DNA of 64,000 bases, taken from NCBI GenBank assembly GCA_040285855.1, contig JAUFOQ010000005.1, positions 1,798,001 to 1,862,000 on the forward strand. The letters run 5' to 3'. The notes below the pieces were generated by a model. It ran no database searches. It was not told the origin of the DNA and was given only the letters and a program-made list of their open reading frames with translations. Source of the stretch: Eukaryota sp. GEM-RC1. Lineage: Eukaryota. The position numbers were made by a program, and so were the translations under genes. This document shows positions 38,460 through 50,061 of the stretch, piece after piece. Numbering within the stretch: position 1 is the stretch's first letter; every line of letters begins with the position of its first letter.

Positions 38460-40268
38460 TTATCAAGGCGTTTAATAAACTGTAACCACCTGTCCTCGTG
38501 GTCTCGAACTTCATTGATCTTATTCCTCGCTGTAATGTATTCTCAGAACTGTGTCCTGAGAATGATTTCAATGAATAGTCCGCAGTGGTCTTTCGTTGTT
38601 CTGCATAGATAGGACATTTGTTGTTGAACTCAGAAATCTACCAGGCGGGGGACCCATCGCGTGTCAGCGTCGCTGGCGGCAATGCGGCCGATGTCAAAGA
38701 AGAAAATAGCTTGGCCCAAAGGTTTGTCGGCCGGCTGTTTGTAATCCGGTTGAACTAGGCAAAAGCTCATGTAATCCCCAATCCAATTGATCATGCCGTC
38801 AGGGTCGTCAAGAGTCTTTAGGAGAGGAGGGGTGATTGACTTGTTAAGGTCACTGTTCATGTCAGAGGGTAGTCGTTCCGTGAACTTCAGTACCGCGAAT
38901 GGCGTCTGAATGGGGGGAGGACTATCCGACTGAGCGGGAGTGTGAGCCTGAGCTTCTGGGGGAAACTGAGAGAGCTCCTAATCTTTGGCGGATGTTGTGG
39001 TCAACTTGGTGTCGGGGTGAAAATGGCAAGTGAGAGGGCTCTCTGTGCATTGCGTGTGGAATATTCTCTTTTAAACAGGTTCCTCCAGGACTATAAGGAG
39101 CATCTTCAACCAATGGAGAAGCGGTGTCCGAGTGATTGGTTTTTATTGCTGGAATGGTGTAGGAAGGGACTTCTACGTCGACGTAACTGTTGAGATCGTC
39201 AATCTCTCTTTCAATCTCTTCTGCATGTTCTTTTGAGAACGGAGTTTTCAACAGGTTATACGCTTGAGGAATGGTTACCAATGAATTTACACGGTGCTTA
39301 TTTATAATAAATCCAAGGAGCTTCCCTTGTGAGTTTTCAATAATGGCAGTCTCTGGGTAGAGGCTGATCCGGTTGTTGAAATACCTTTGATAGACCCTTT
39401 TAGCTGTTTAGTCGGTTTGAGGAGAAAACTGTCTTTCTCGTATGAAGGGTAGGTCTCACCATTGAGGCGGGATTGTGTTCTGAACTCTTGGCATTGTTCG
39501 GCATTGAAGTTTTGATACATTCGGCGTTTAGCTTCATGAATTTCTTTAGCCGAGGATCTCGTGGTTAACAAACCCGGGAGATTGGGATCTGTTCCAGGCG
39601 TGGTGAATCCTAGCACCGTGGTAGGTGGCTTTGGAGCAACTTTAGGTTTTGAAGTGTTCCAGACAAGTGGCACATGCAAAGGAGAAATTGAAAGACTGGA
39701 AGCAGGGTTTGTATGTGGTGTGACGGTGACAGGAGACGTTTTCTCTGGAGGGTATTCCTAATCGCTTTCCCTTGTGGTTTCACAACGTGAGTGGGGGAAG
39801 GGTTTTCGTTCTCGACAGGTGGAGTGGTAACCACCGGGGAGTCTACAACCTCATGTATGGTTTCCTCGGGAGGATTATTATTTTAGGGAGCGGATTCGTC
39901 AGGAGATTCGGGATCCGCGTCGGTTTCCTCGAAGTCTACCGTGTCATCCCAAGGTTTTCCGTCGGGTCCCAATTCGGTGTTTGGGGTGGAATTATCCTTG
40001 GCTGCCAGGTCAGAACTGGACTTAGGTGTACCTAGGTCGGAACTAGGGTTTTGTTTAGAGTCCAGGTCGGAACTAGACTTTGAGTTCTTGCCTAGGTCGG
40101 AACTAGGGCTTTGGATAGGGTTGTTTCCAGGAGTAAAGTGATCCGGAATACATACACATTCAGACTCTTCGCAGAGGTCACAATAATTATTGTTGGCCTT
40201 AGGTACCATGTAGATACATAAAGTGAATTTATTATACAAATAGGTCCTGATGAGTCATTACACTAACA
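38460..40268 (-). mobile_element. 5' fragment of another short-LTR retrotransposon: 78-bp LTR (40191-40268) + frameshifted gag-like region
   Basis: The minus strand starts TGTTAG at 40268, where homology to the duplicated unit stops, and ends CCAACA inside the palindrome ACAATAATTATTGT. Consecutive Pro/Ser-rich minus-strand ORFs with PSSDLG repeats follow. Confidence 0.55.
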
Positions 40269-41942
40269 GGATCCTTAAATGCCCTTTTTACAAACATTCA
40301 CAGTAATCACATCAACACTCGTTAGTTCATCATTGACTGATGCAAAGTCTAGCTTTAACAATTGATATGATGTTGCAAATGTTCTCTACAATAAAATACC
40401 AATGTACACCCAATTTTGATGTGCTGATGATATAGAAACCATCCTAAAATATGGTTCTAAAATTGTGTATTACACCTTTTAGTTAAGTAACATATTAGAT
40501 GCTGATGACTTATTGTTTGACTCCTGTATTTCGTCTTCAAAATAGGCGCGGGCTAAAAGGCTGAAATTAATGATCTGAGTTGCATGTCAATAACTATTAT
40601 AGATGAAAATAGATCTAACATGGTGAAAACTCTTTCGTTAACAATTACTCTGAATAGACGGACATCACTTCTACAGTATTGTTGCACACCTCCATTACAT
40701 TGATGTATGTAAGCTGTGCAAATCAATGCTATAATCCAGGGCACCTTGAAAAGAAACTTCTTTGTGTGTAAAGATCGGTTATTGTTATACATGATACCTC
40801 TCAAAAACAGCAAACTCTGGTTTAAGTAGAGACAATGAGTAGATCAGATGGGTAAAACCTCGATGAAAGAGAGAAAAATATTGCAAAATCGGTTTATTTC
40901 GAAAATCATGGATATACACTAAACAAAGGTAAGCAAAATGGAGTTTATGAAGAGTTTCACCCTTTTGGACAGTGTATCATACAATTTGTAATTGTTGGCT
41001 CATCAACTTGAAATACCTTTACATTATAAAAAAAGTGTCAGAATTAACCAGTTTGTTATAGTTACAAATTTTCAGATACTTCTTTATTTGTTTAACAAAG
41101 ATCTGGTGACGAACACCTTAAATAGTGGGTGAATACCAAGGAAATCCTGATACAGGACTAATCCGCTTCCAAAGTACCCCTTGAAAATTGATAAGTGGCC
41201 GAATTGTCTTTCGTGCAAGTGCTCATAATATATGACACGGGCTGTATACGTCAATTACGAAAAAATTGTCTAGGAACAAAAGTGAAAGGGATACGACACG
41301 ATTTAACTGAGAGCCATAATGAACACTACCAACGAGGAGTAGTAGAATTGTCCTCCAGAACCTCTTGGCTTCTTCATTATCAACAGAATTAGAAATATTA
41401 GACCAAAAAAACAAATAGTAACAACTGTCATAAAACAATACTTTTATAAGTAAATACATAAAACAACAAAATCGGGTCTAGTTTGAAGAAAAATACAAAA
41501 TATTGAAGTTAAAAAAAAATCAACTCAAAGTATATTGGCAATGCTCCAATAACTCTAGATAGTTATAATAAATGCTGAACCACCTCAATTAACGGCAGTA
41601 ATTATTGGAGCGATACTGATTGCAATAGTGGAAAACCAATCCTGTATTGACACCCCTGCATACATCAACATTACACTTCTTATCGTTCTTTTTTGGAACA
41701 CACGAAGCCATTCTTCTCTTTTAAGAGGTCTGACGTGTGGTTGTGATGGGGTGAGTGCACAAAGAGTACGGCCTTCACTGGCTGGAACGAAGTGAAAACT
41801 GGAATAAACACAATTTTACGATCTCTGTATGTGTATCTTCTAGTGTGAAATAACAAACAACTGTTCTATGTACGACAATTACTATGACAATTGATCATTT
41901 ATGAGGTTGATGTAGAGCTGATGATATCTCCTTTGTTACTAC

Positions 41943-42036
41943 TGTAAGTATATAATAGCTAATAGCAATCATAAACTATCTTAATTTCATTCCATACTTC
42001 CGTATGACTCTTACTTCTAACAACCTAAAAGCATCA
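41943..42036 (+). repeat. 5' LTR, 94 bp
   Basis: Identical to 47108-47201. Confidence 0.95.
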
Positions 42037-42188
42037 ATATATATTGGCTGATACGGCCAAGAAGAAACTCACCTCAGATGAATTCTCTGCTCTGTTCGGC
42101 GGAGTACCTTCTTCGGAAGGGTTAGGGAAACTCCCCTCCCCGAAAAGCAAGGGCTCTTCGAAGAGAAGACGCAAGCCCCAGTCAAAAT

Positions 42189-42515
42189 CCTCTCCTGAAA
42201 AGGATGGAGGTACTCCAAAACCCTCTCCTGAAAAGGATGGAGGTAATCCGAAAACCTCTCCTAAAAAGGATAGAGGTAATCCCAAACCCTCTCCTGAAAA
42301 GGATAGAGTACTCTCAACATCTCTCCTAAAAAGGATAGAGGTAATCCCAAACCCTCTCCTTAAAAGGATAGAGGTACTCTCAACATCTCTCCTAAAAAGG
42401 ATAGAGGTAATCCCAAACCCTCTCCTGAAAAGGATAAAGGTAATTCCAAACCCTCTCCTGAAAAGGACCATGAATCCATCCCAATACTCATGTGGAACCT
42501 CTCCTGAAAAGGATC
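42189..42515 (+). repeat. ~33-bp minisatellite in the gag-like region (CTCTCCT[G/A]AAAAGGAT core, ~10 copies)
   Basis: Encodes SPEKDGG(T/N)PKP repeats. Confidence 0.9.
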
Positions 42516-43589
42516 GATGGAACAACAAAGAAGACCCTCACAATTGGTGGACCTCTCATATAATGGGAGATGATATCCCCAATTCCTCTCCTACACAGGA
42601 TGATGGTACAATAATGCCTTCCTCATTGAAAAATGACTGAGGACCTTAATCCGAACTTTGTTATCAATTCTTGCTATAAAACAAGCTCAAACGTTTCGAC
42701 CAATTCCATTCCAATGGTGGAGACAATACTTCTATTATGTCTCTCTGTTGATGACCGGTTTCGATACCACATAGCTCTAGCATTAGTTTTCCCTCTCACA
42801 TTCCGTTCTTTGTGATTGAAGACATAAACTCTGTTTTCAAACAATCTCATACCACTTTGAACTGTTCAATGATAAAATTATCGTTTTTATTTACGAGATC
42901 CAGTCAAATTTCAATCCCATACATTGTTCACATAGATGAAATTCCGTTTTTTAACGAAGTCCAACCAAATTTCAATCCCATTCATGGTTCTCAACGATAA
43001 ATGACATTGCTTTACGACGTCCAATTCAACGTTTCAACGCCATTCATGGTGCACAATGATAAAATTCCGTTTTTCAATGCAAAAAGTCAATCCACATTCC
43101 ACTTACTTTGGTATCCCCATCGTTTACACTGACGTAGATCTAATCTATAAAGAGATAAGTCGACATAATGTTGCATTTCAACATATAGTTACTCTCTGAC
43201 AGTGATGAGAAACTCCGTCAATGGTCCAATCGACGTAATCCTCGTATCAGATCTGAAGAAAAACCCCAATCGCAAGAAGAATAGCAGATCTTCTAACTCT
43301 ACAACTCACAAGTTTAGTAGTAATGGTGGCCCTAATGTAGACAAATACTATAAGGAACCAAAACACCCCAACTGACGTGTATCCCTCTACCAAACAATAA
43401 TTCGTCATCCCTGTAACTGGAAATGCAGGAAATCGTTTGTGTAGGATCAACTCCGTAGATCCAATAAATCCGATCACTTTGATTTTTATTGACATAACAT
43501 CAACTGCTTCCACACTCCACAATCATATCAACGATATTCCAATCTCGATGATAAATCCATGATTATGAGTATAAACAGCAACCCTCACA

Positions 43590-45470
43590 ACAATTTCATA
43601 AATTTGAATTTGTTGGTTAACGATGTCTCAGTAACCGGAACCATCGATTCAGGCACATAAGTCACCGTCATCACATCCGACTTAGCCGAATCCCGCAAGA
43701 AGAAGATTTCACATGATACGATATCATACACTTCTGCAGATGGAAACCGTACATCGTCCTTAGGCACAGCCGAAGGTGTTCTTTCGTTCACACTGAATAG
43801 CGTAGCTAACCTAGTTTTCGTAATCATTCCTTCCCAATTGTTACCGGTAATAAACAATGCTCATTGGATTTGATTCACTCAACAAATTAGGGCTATTAAT
43901 AGAGGACAGTCTAGTAATCAAACTAGATAAAGAACATGACACCATTCTGAAAGATGAATTCGAATACGATCACATCACGAGCACTCACCCATCAGTGAAA
44001 TCAATCCGACACACCGATCATTCTTCATCATTCAACCCAGTTGAACCTGGTTGCACAATCACCTCGGTCAATCCTCTTCTAAATCAACAACTGTCATCCT
44101 TCTAGAAGAGTTCAGGATCATCTTCCAATCAGCACCTCACCCTGATGGAATAGATTGCCCACCACTAAGAATCCCCTTCCATGACGAATCAACTGTCGTA
44201 AAACGAAAACCTCGTTTCTTCAATCCTGAGAAACTAAAGACTGCCAATGGCATCTTTGATGAACTTATCGAACATGGATTCGTCGTGTCTTCCCCCAATC
44301 TAAGTTCTCAAACCCTATAGTACGCGTCACGTACCCTGATCATAGGAAACGACGTCTGACTGGAGACTACAGTGGTCTAGGAGGTGTTAACGATTTAACT
44401 GTCCCGATAACATCTGAACTACCCATCATCGCTGATGTGATTACATTCTTACCAGCAGCACACTTCATTGCAATCCCAGATCTCCCCAAAGCCTTTTGGC
44501 AACTCAAAATTGCCCCTCAAGATATGGACAAAACTGCTTCATCAATCCAGAGCTCCATTCGGCTTAAACCAAAATGTACCAGCCATTTTTCAGAACCTGA
44601 TGACAAGATCTTCGCAGTGGAAGGAGTCTTCATCTATTTAGATGATATCATTGTTATAGCTTCAGCGTTCGATGAATTTATAACTCGACTTCGAGCAGTT
44701 TTTAATAAAGCACAATCCGCCAGAGTATCCCTCGGCATCCACAAGTGCAAGTTTGTAACTCACAAACACCCAATCAAGATATCAGGTAGTATCTCCCACA
44801 CCAAAACCAGATTAATCGACGATGTCAGAATCAAAGCTGTTCTTGAAATTCCAACTCCCAAGACAGTGAAGGATGTCAGAAGCCTCGTAGGCTCCATCAA
44901 CTACATCAGAGACTGGTTACCAGGAATATCCAAGTTGATAGCCCCTATCATTGCCCTAACAAAAGGAAAACCAAAAGGCGTGAAATGGGAACCCAAACAT
45001 CAACAAGCTTTTGACTGATTCAAAAAAAGTTGATAGTCAATCAAATCCCCCTCGACCTTCCTGGTTCCACATTGCAACATCCTCATTAGCGCAGACGCTT
45101 CTGACTTAGCAGTGGGAGGAGTCATTTGGAACGAGACTACACCAAGTCCCTCCAGGTACTCCGCTGATAGAACGAAAGGTTCAACCTATAAGTTCTACAG
45201 CAAAAATACTGACCGAATCTCAGCTCAACTGGGCAACCATCCAGAAAGAGCTCTATGCTACTCTCCTTATCTTAACAGAATCGAGTCTGGCAAACTTCCT
45301 CAAGACTAGACACCTTACAATCTTCACAGATTACAAGAACCTAGCATATCTTATTTCGTGTCCCGATAAGAACAGAATAATCAAAAGATGGCTATTCGTG
45401 CTATCAGAATACCAATTCGACATAGTACACACATCCGGAGTAGACAACCATTGGGCAGACATGCTCTCAT
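43590..45470 (+). pseudogene. pol: pol: aspartic protease, reverse transcriptase and RNase H (frameshifts and stops)
   Basis: TIDSGT*VTVI, DLPKAFWQL, FIYLDDIIV, VRSLVGSINYIRDW, ADASDLAVGG, NHWADMLS. Confidence 0.9.
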
Positions 45471-45745
45471 GGTTATGTCCTCACTACAGTTCCCCCTCGC
45501 ATTCCGATGCTCAGCTCACTGATGATCCAGTAGCTCCTCCAAGAATTGACCACACAAACATCCCATCAATTAACAGTCTCCGTCAAGTTGCACAAAGAGA
45601 TCTTCCAATTTTTTGCAATTGGTGGAGCAGAATCCGTTCCAAACAGCGCAAAGCAATCGAATCAAACGAACCTTTCTTCATCAACACAACATTCCACGAT
45701 AGAGTACAGTTATAGTTAACTCCCAACAAGAAAATCCTGATCCCA

Positions 45746-47107
45746 TTGTCCCCCAGGGAATCCACCTTGCTAAACATCCATGGACTAGTTCAATCCGGTC
45801 ACCCCAGTTTATCCACGTCTATCAAAACTCTGAATGACAGCGACTACTGGTGGCCAAACATAAAAGATGATTTAACCAATCACATCAAGAACTGTCCTTC
45901 TTGCCAAAAGACAATTCCAATCAAAAGAGATCAAATCCCTCACTCAGGTTCCTTTTGGGCTGATAAGCCCTTCTCCAAAATCAATGTTGACTCTATTGGT
46001 CCATTATCCCCTGAAGCTGACGGCAACCGTTTTATTTTAGTATTCGTAGATTCTTTCACTAGATTCACAACATTAGTCCCAATAATCGATCTGAACGCCA
46101 AAGAAGCTGCTTATGCACTCGTGTTCAACGTTTGTGGTATATTTGGTATCCCCTACTCCATCCACAGCGATAACGGTCCCGAATTTGCTAACGCAACATT
46201 CAACGCAGTATGTCAACTGCTGGCAATTGAAAACTCCACGTCCATTCCACATTTTTCTCAATCAAACGGGCTAGTCGAGAGACGTCATCGTGATGTCTTA
46301 AGAAATCTTCAACGTTTCATAATCGACTTCGTTACATTCGACAACTGGGCTGAATACATTCCCTTCGTCCAACTCCAGCTTAACGCTACCAAGAACCGTT
46401 ACACCGAACACACTCCCTATGAACTTATGTTTGGGTCAACTTTCGGCCCTAAAGCAGATCCCAGTCTCATAATCAAAGCTCTAGAAGCATCCAATTTAAG
46501 CATCCCTTTTATTGAAGATCTTCAAAGAAAAAACGAGAGAATAAAGGAAAAGCAGGAATCAGCAAGTAGCAATCAATCGTCAAAGAGACCTCCTAAGTCC
46601 AATAAATCAAATCCTTTTGTAATTGGCGATCTGATCCTCGGATCCTCTAAGACTGCTACAAAGCTTCATGGCAAACACTCTGGCTCATTCCTGGTCATCG
46701 AGATCCCTTCACCATCATCCTTGAAAATCAAGAACCTCGTATCTGGTATTGAGTCCCAAGCCAGTGTACAGCAATGTAAGCTGTACAACTCCGATCTTCC
46801 ATCTAACCATGGTATACATCAACAAGTCGCAGCAGGTGATAAGGAAGAACATGTCATCATCCAAGTGTTGGATCAGTTCCACTCACATGAAGGACTTATG
46901 TGTTCTGTTCTGTGGTATGGCGGTGATATCACAACAGTTGCTTCTTCTAGCATTAAAAATACTGAAGCCTATGTCGAGTTCATGAAAAATAACAATAATC
47001 CTCCATCGAGTCCCAGAAAGAGAACCTCATCCAAAGCTAAACATAGTAAAACCCCAATAGCAAAGAGAACTCGAAGAAGCGTTGGCTCGAAGAAGGAGAA
47101 GAAGTAG
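45746..47107 (+). CDS. Retroviral-type integrase with C-terminal chromodomain (uninterrupted part of pol)
   Basis: H-x6-H...CPSC; INVDSIG, HSDNGPEF and NGLVER; tail HVIIQVLDQ...CSVLWYGGDIT. The stop codon abuts the 3' LTR. Confidence 0.9.
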   Translation: MSPRESTLLNIHGLVQSGHPSLSTSIKTLNDSDYWWPNIKDDLTNHIKNCPSCQKTIPIKRDQIPHSGSFWADKPFSKINVDSIGPLSPEADGNRFILVFVDSFTRFTTLVPIIDLNAKEAAYALVFNVCGIFGIPYSIHSDNGPEFANATFNAVCQLLAIENSTSIPHFSQSNGLVERRHRDVLRNLQRFIIDFVTFDNWAEYIPFVQLQLNATKNRYTEHTPYELMFGSTFGPKADPSLIIKALEASNLSIPFIEDLQRKNERIKEKQESASSNQSSKRPPKSNKSNPFVIGDLILGSSKTATKLHGKHSGSFLVIEIPSPSSLKIKNLVSGIESQASVQQCKLYNSDLPSNHGIHQQVAAGDKEEHVIIQVLDQFHSHEGLMCSVLWYGGDITTVASSSIKNTEAYVEFMKNNNNPPSSPRKRTSSKAKHSKTPIAKRTRRSVGSKKEKK

Positions 47108-47201
47108 TGTAAGTATATAATAGCTAATAGCAATCATAAACTATCTTAATTTCATTCCATACTTCCGTATGACTCTTACTTCTAACAACCTAAAAGCATC
47201 A
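47108..47201 (+). repeat. 3' LTR, 94 bp
   Basis: Identical to 41943-42036. Confidence 0.95.
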
Positions 47202-47553
47202 CTACAGAACATTGACTTATAAAGGTTTCGTTTTTCGTTGTTGTATACTTTGACTAGAAAATATAAACCGAGAAGTTATATAACCAAATGACTTACGGAA
47301 TTGAAAAACGACGCGAACTTCTAGAGAATGAGACAAAATATAGATATGATACTGTATTGATTATATTCTACACTTGTGATCGTAAACAACATTATGTTTT
47401 GGTATTTGTGGAAATTGATTCAGATTCTCAATTTAAATATCAGGACTAAATCCTCTTTTTTTAAGTACTTTGATTTTGATAACCTGAAAAAATGTTGTGT
47501 ATAGACGATGACAAAATTAAAATATATACGTACATGTATTTAATCTATGTGAA

Positions 47554-48726
47554 CTAAGGTATTAACTTCCAACACCTCTGCCGAAGCTCTTCTCTGGTAC
47601 CTAAAGGTCCAATATCGTCGTTGTCCCTCAGATCAACACTGGTAACTGAAGAATTCACTTTCAATGCATCTGCCAAAGCGCAGGCACCTTCATCTTTAAT
47701 AGAGTTGTTACGCAGAAGAATACTCGTAACTGAAGTATTGACTTTCAATGCCTCTGCCAAAGCTCTGGCACCTTCATCTCCAATACAGTTGCACCACAAA
47801 TTAACACTTGTAATTGAAGCATTGACTTTCAACGCATCTGCTAAAGCTTTGGCACCTTCAGGTCCAATAGAGTTGTGCCCCAGATTAATACTTGTAATCG
47901 AAGCATTGACTTTCAACGCATCTGCTAAAGCTCGGGCACCTTTAGCTCCAATAGAGTTTTGACACAGATAAACACTTGTAATTGAAGCATTAACTTTCAA
48001 TGCATCTGCCAAAGCGCAGGCACCTTCAGCTCTTATTGAGTTAGCACTTAGATCAATACTTGTAACTGTAGTATTGGTTTTCAACGCTTCAATCAATAAC
48101 ATAGAAACAGAGGTGCGTTGTGGCGCCACTATTACTTCTAGCTGCTTAAGACGTGGAAATAAAGAAGAGGAATTGTTTAGAAACTGTAAATCAGAGGGTT
48201 TTCTTAGTACGATTATCAATCCTGTAATTATACCAGAATAATTGAGAAAATTGTCAATTTCAAAAGTTTCGCCAGTGTATAAGAAAACAGATTGTTGATC
48301 TGCTCCAAAGAAAGAAGCAAGTGAAATTAGTTTGGGAATGTCTTCAAGATCAGCAGGTAAAGTGTGTAGTTGAAAATAGACTTTAACTGCTTGGAGTGAA
48401 GAATCAAGGAAGTGATTACTTACATAACCAACTTGTCCAAAGTATGTAGGTAATGCTGTTTTCAAAGCAGTGAGTTCAAGATTAGTTCGATCATCATCGT
48501 ATGAGTATGACCGAGACCAGAACTCAAAAGAACGCTTAAAAAGACGTCTGAGCAAGTGGAGATGAATAAGAATCAACAAAGTCTGCTGAACACGTATACT
48601 TTTAGAGGGAGGATGTGTTGTTGAAGACAATACCGACAGTTCGTCACAGTCAGACATCACAGAGGAGATACTGGAAGGGGATGAACGACTCCTTTTCAAC
48701 AATGGTTCAGGGTGAGGTGAGGGCAT
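47554..48726 (-). CDS. LRR protein copy 7 (5 full repeats plus a partial one, frameshifted C-terminal cap)
   Basis: 390-aa ORF. The family cap VNTLVHID* lies in another frame just downstream, and the upstream region is shared with copy 4. Confidence 0.9.
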   Translation of the reverse strand: MPSPHPEPLLKRSRSSPSSISSVMSDCDELSVLSSTTHPPSKSIRVQQTLLILIHLHLLRRLFKRSFEFWSRSYSYDDDRTNLELTALKTALPTYFGQVGYVSNHFLDSSLQAVKVYFQLHTLPADLEDIPKLISLASFFGADQQSVFLYTGETFEIDNFLNYSGIITGLIIVLRKPSDLQFLNNSSSLFPRLKQLEVIVAPQRTSVSMLLIEALKTNTTVTSIDLSANSIRAEGACALADALKVNASITSVYLCQNSIGAKGARALADALKVNASITSINLGHNSIGPEGAKALADALKVNASITSVNLWCNCIGDEGARALAEALKVNTSVTSILLRNNSIKDEGACALADALKVNSSVTSVDLRDNDDIGPLGTREELRQRCWKLIP

Positions 48727-50061
48727 TGACGGATCAAGAAACTTTCTAAACTTAATAATGTCAACTTGGTTTAGAAACCAAGCACCGTTTGAACTCTCCA
48801 GTCACTAGAAGAACAGTACTGTTAGTGAATCCTTTTAATCCATCATGAATCATTCTTGGAGACGGTATGAGATTTGCCATCAAAATGACGTAGCGTGGTG
48901 TTCGGAATAGATGCTGCATTATATCAGAATTAGAGAGCATATCAATTCTTCAATCCGAGTTATTGTTACAATTTTGTCGCTATTTCCACAACAATGATCA
49001 GAAATGTGTAGAAATAGTCCGTTCTTTTGATGACGTGTCACGTAGGATAAAGCTTACCTATTTGATAAGTTGTTGTGAATTCAAGGAACAGGAAAAATCC
49101 ATTTACAAAAAAAGAGACTTTTAACATGGCACTGTTAGCGAAGATAGCGAGACCAAGTAGATATCTTCACATCTGATGACGTGTCATTTAGTCTTCAGGA
49201 TTTCTCCGTTAACAATAAACTGTTCTTTCTTATATTTTAGTAATTCGACCTATTGACGAATTTAGTTTCGGTAAATGCCATGCTGTGTTGTTCTTACATA
49301 TCAGTCACCGAGTTCATTGTAATGAAATGATCTTCCTCAAGTGCTTCTAATCATCAATTATTTAGTAATCTACATAGATTTTAAATCTACATAATAGTGG
49401 AATTTTCATCTTGGGTTAGTCGTTTTTTAAATTTAATTGGATTTCCTCCAAGTTCATTTTCAGACTTTGGCCTGTGAAACCTTTTGATTAATCACTCTAA
49501 AGTACACAATCACTTTATGTTTCTAAGAATTAAAATGAGAATATTCATGTTTATGATAGATATAATGTCAGGTATCAGATTTTCCTACAATCAGTGGTAT
49601 TGTCACAAATTGCTGTCAAAAATGTATGTGAGTTAAAAATACATCATCAAAATGAAGAATCAATCTGTGATGGAAGTTTCAAGAGTAACATCATTCTGTT
49701 GTCATTGAAAATTTGGTTTGTACTACGCCATTTTTGCTAGTTTTCGACGTAGGTCAGACTAAGTTTATTGAACGAAGTGGTTATGTAAAACTAACAGAAA
49801 TGCTTACAGTATTTTAAACAGCTCGATCTTTACCATATTCGTCATTCATAACATTCCATGTATTGTTCAATGACACAACAATGTCGTTATTCCTGACCAG
49901 AAAAATGTAGTTAATGAATTACATCTATTACACTCAGAAAATTCCAGTATCTAAATAAAAATACATACTTTAAATTACACAAAGAAACTAAAGTCAAAAG
50001 TATTAACAAACACCATGGACCACACAAATTATATTACAACACAAACACTCATAAACATCAC

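Larger units (their letters stand above)
41943..47201 (+). mobile_element. Full-length Ty3/Gypsy chromodomain-bearing LTR retrotransposon, 5259 bp, coding region degraded
   Basis: Identical 94-bp TG...CA LTRs; 4-bp TSD CTAC; domain order PR (IDSGT) - RT (YLDD) - RNase H (ADAS) - integrase (HHCC, DDE) - chromodomain; PPT gaagaaggagaagaag. Confidence 0.95.
40269..47553 (-). repeat. Inverted, more diverged copy of the duplicated unit (LRR 3' flank), interrupted by a Gypsy insertion
   Basis: Reverse complement of 5865-7950-like sequence at 40276-41942 and 47202-47553. Confidence 0.9.

Noticed and set aside
5525..47962. Antisense ORFs with FNASAKALAPSSPI repeats
   Set aside because: They are reverse-complement shadows of the LRR genes.
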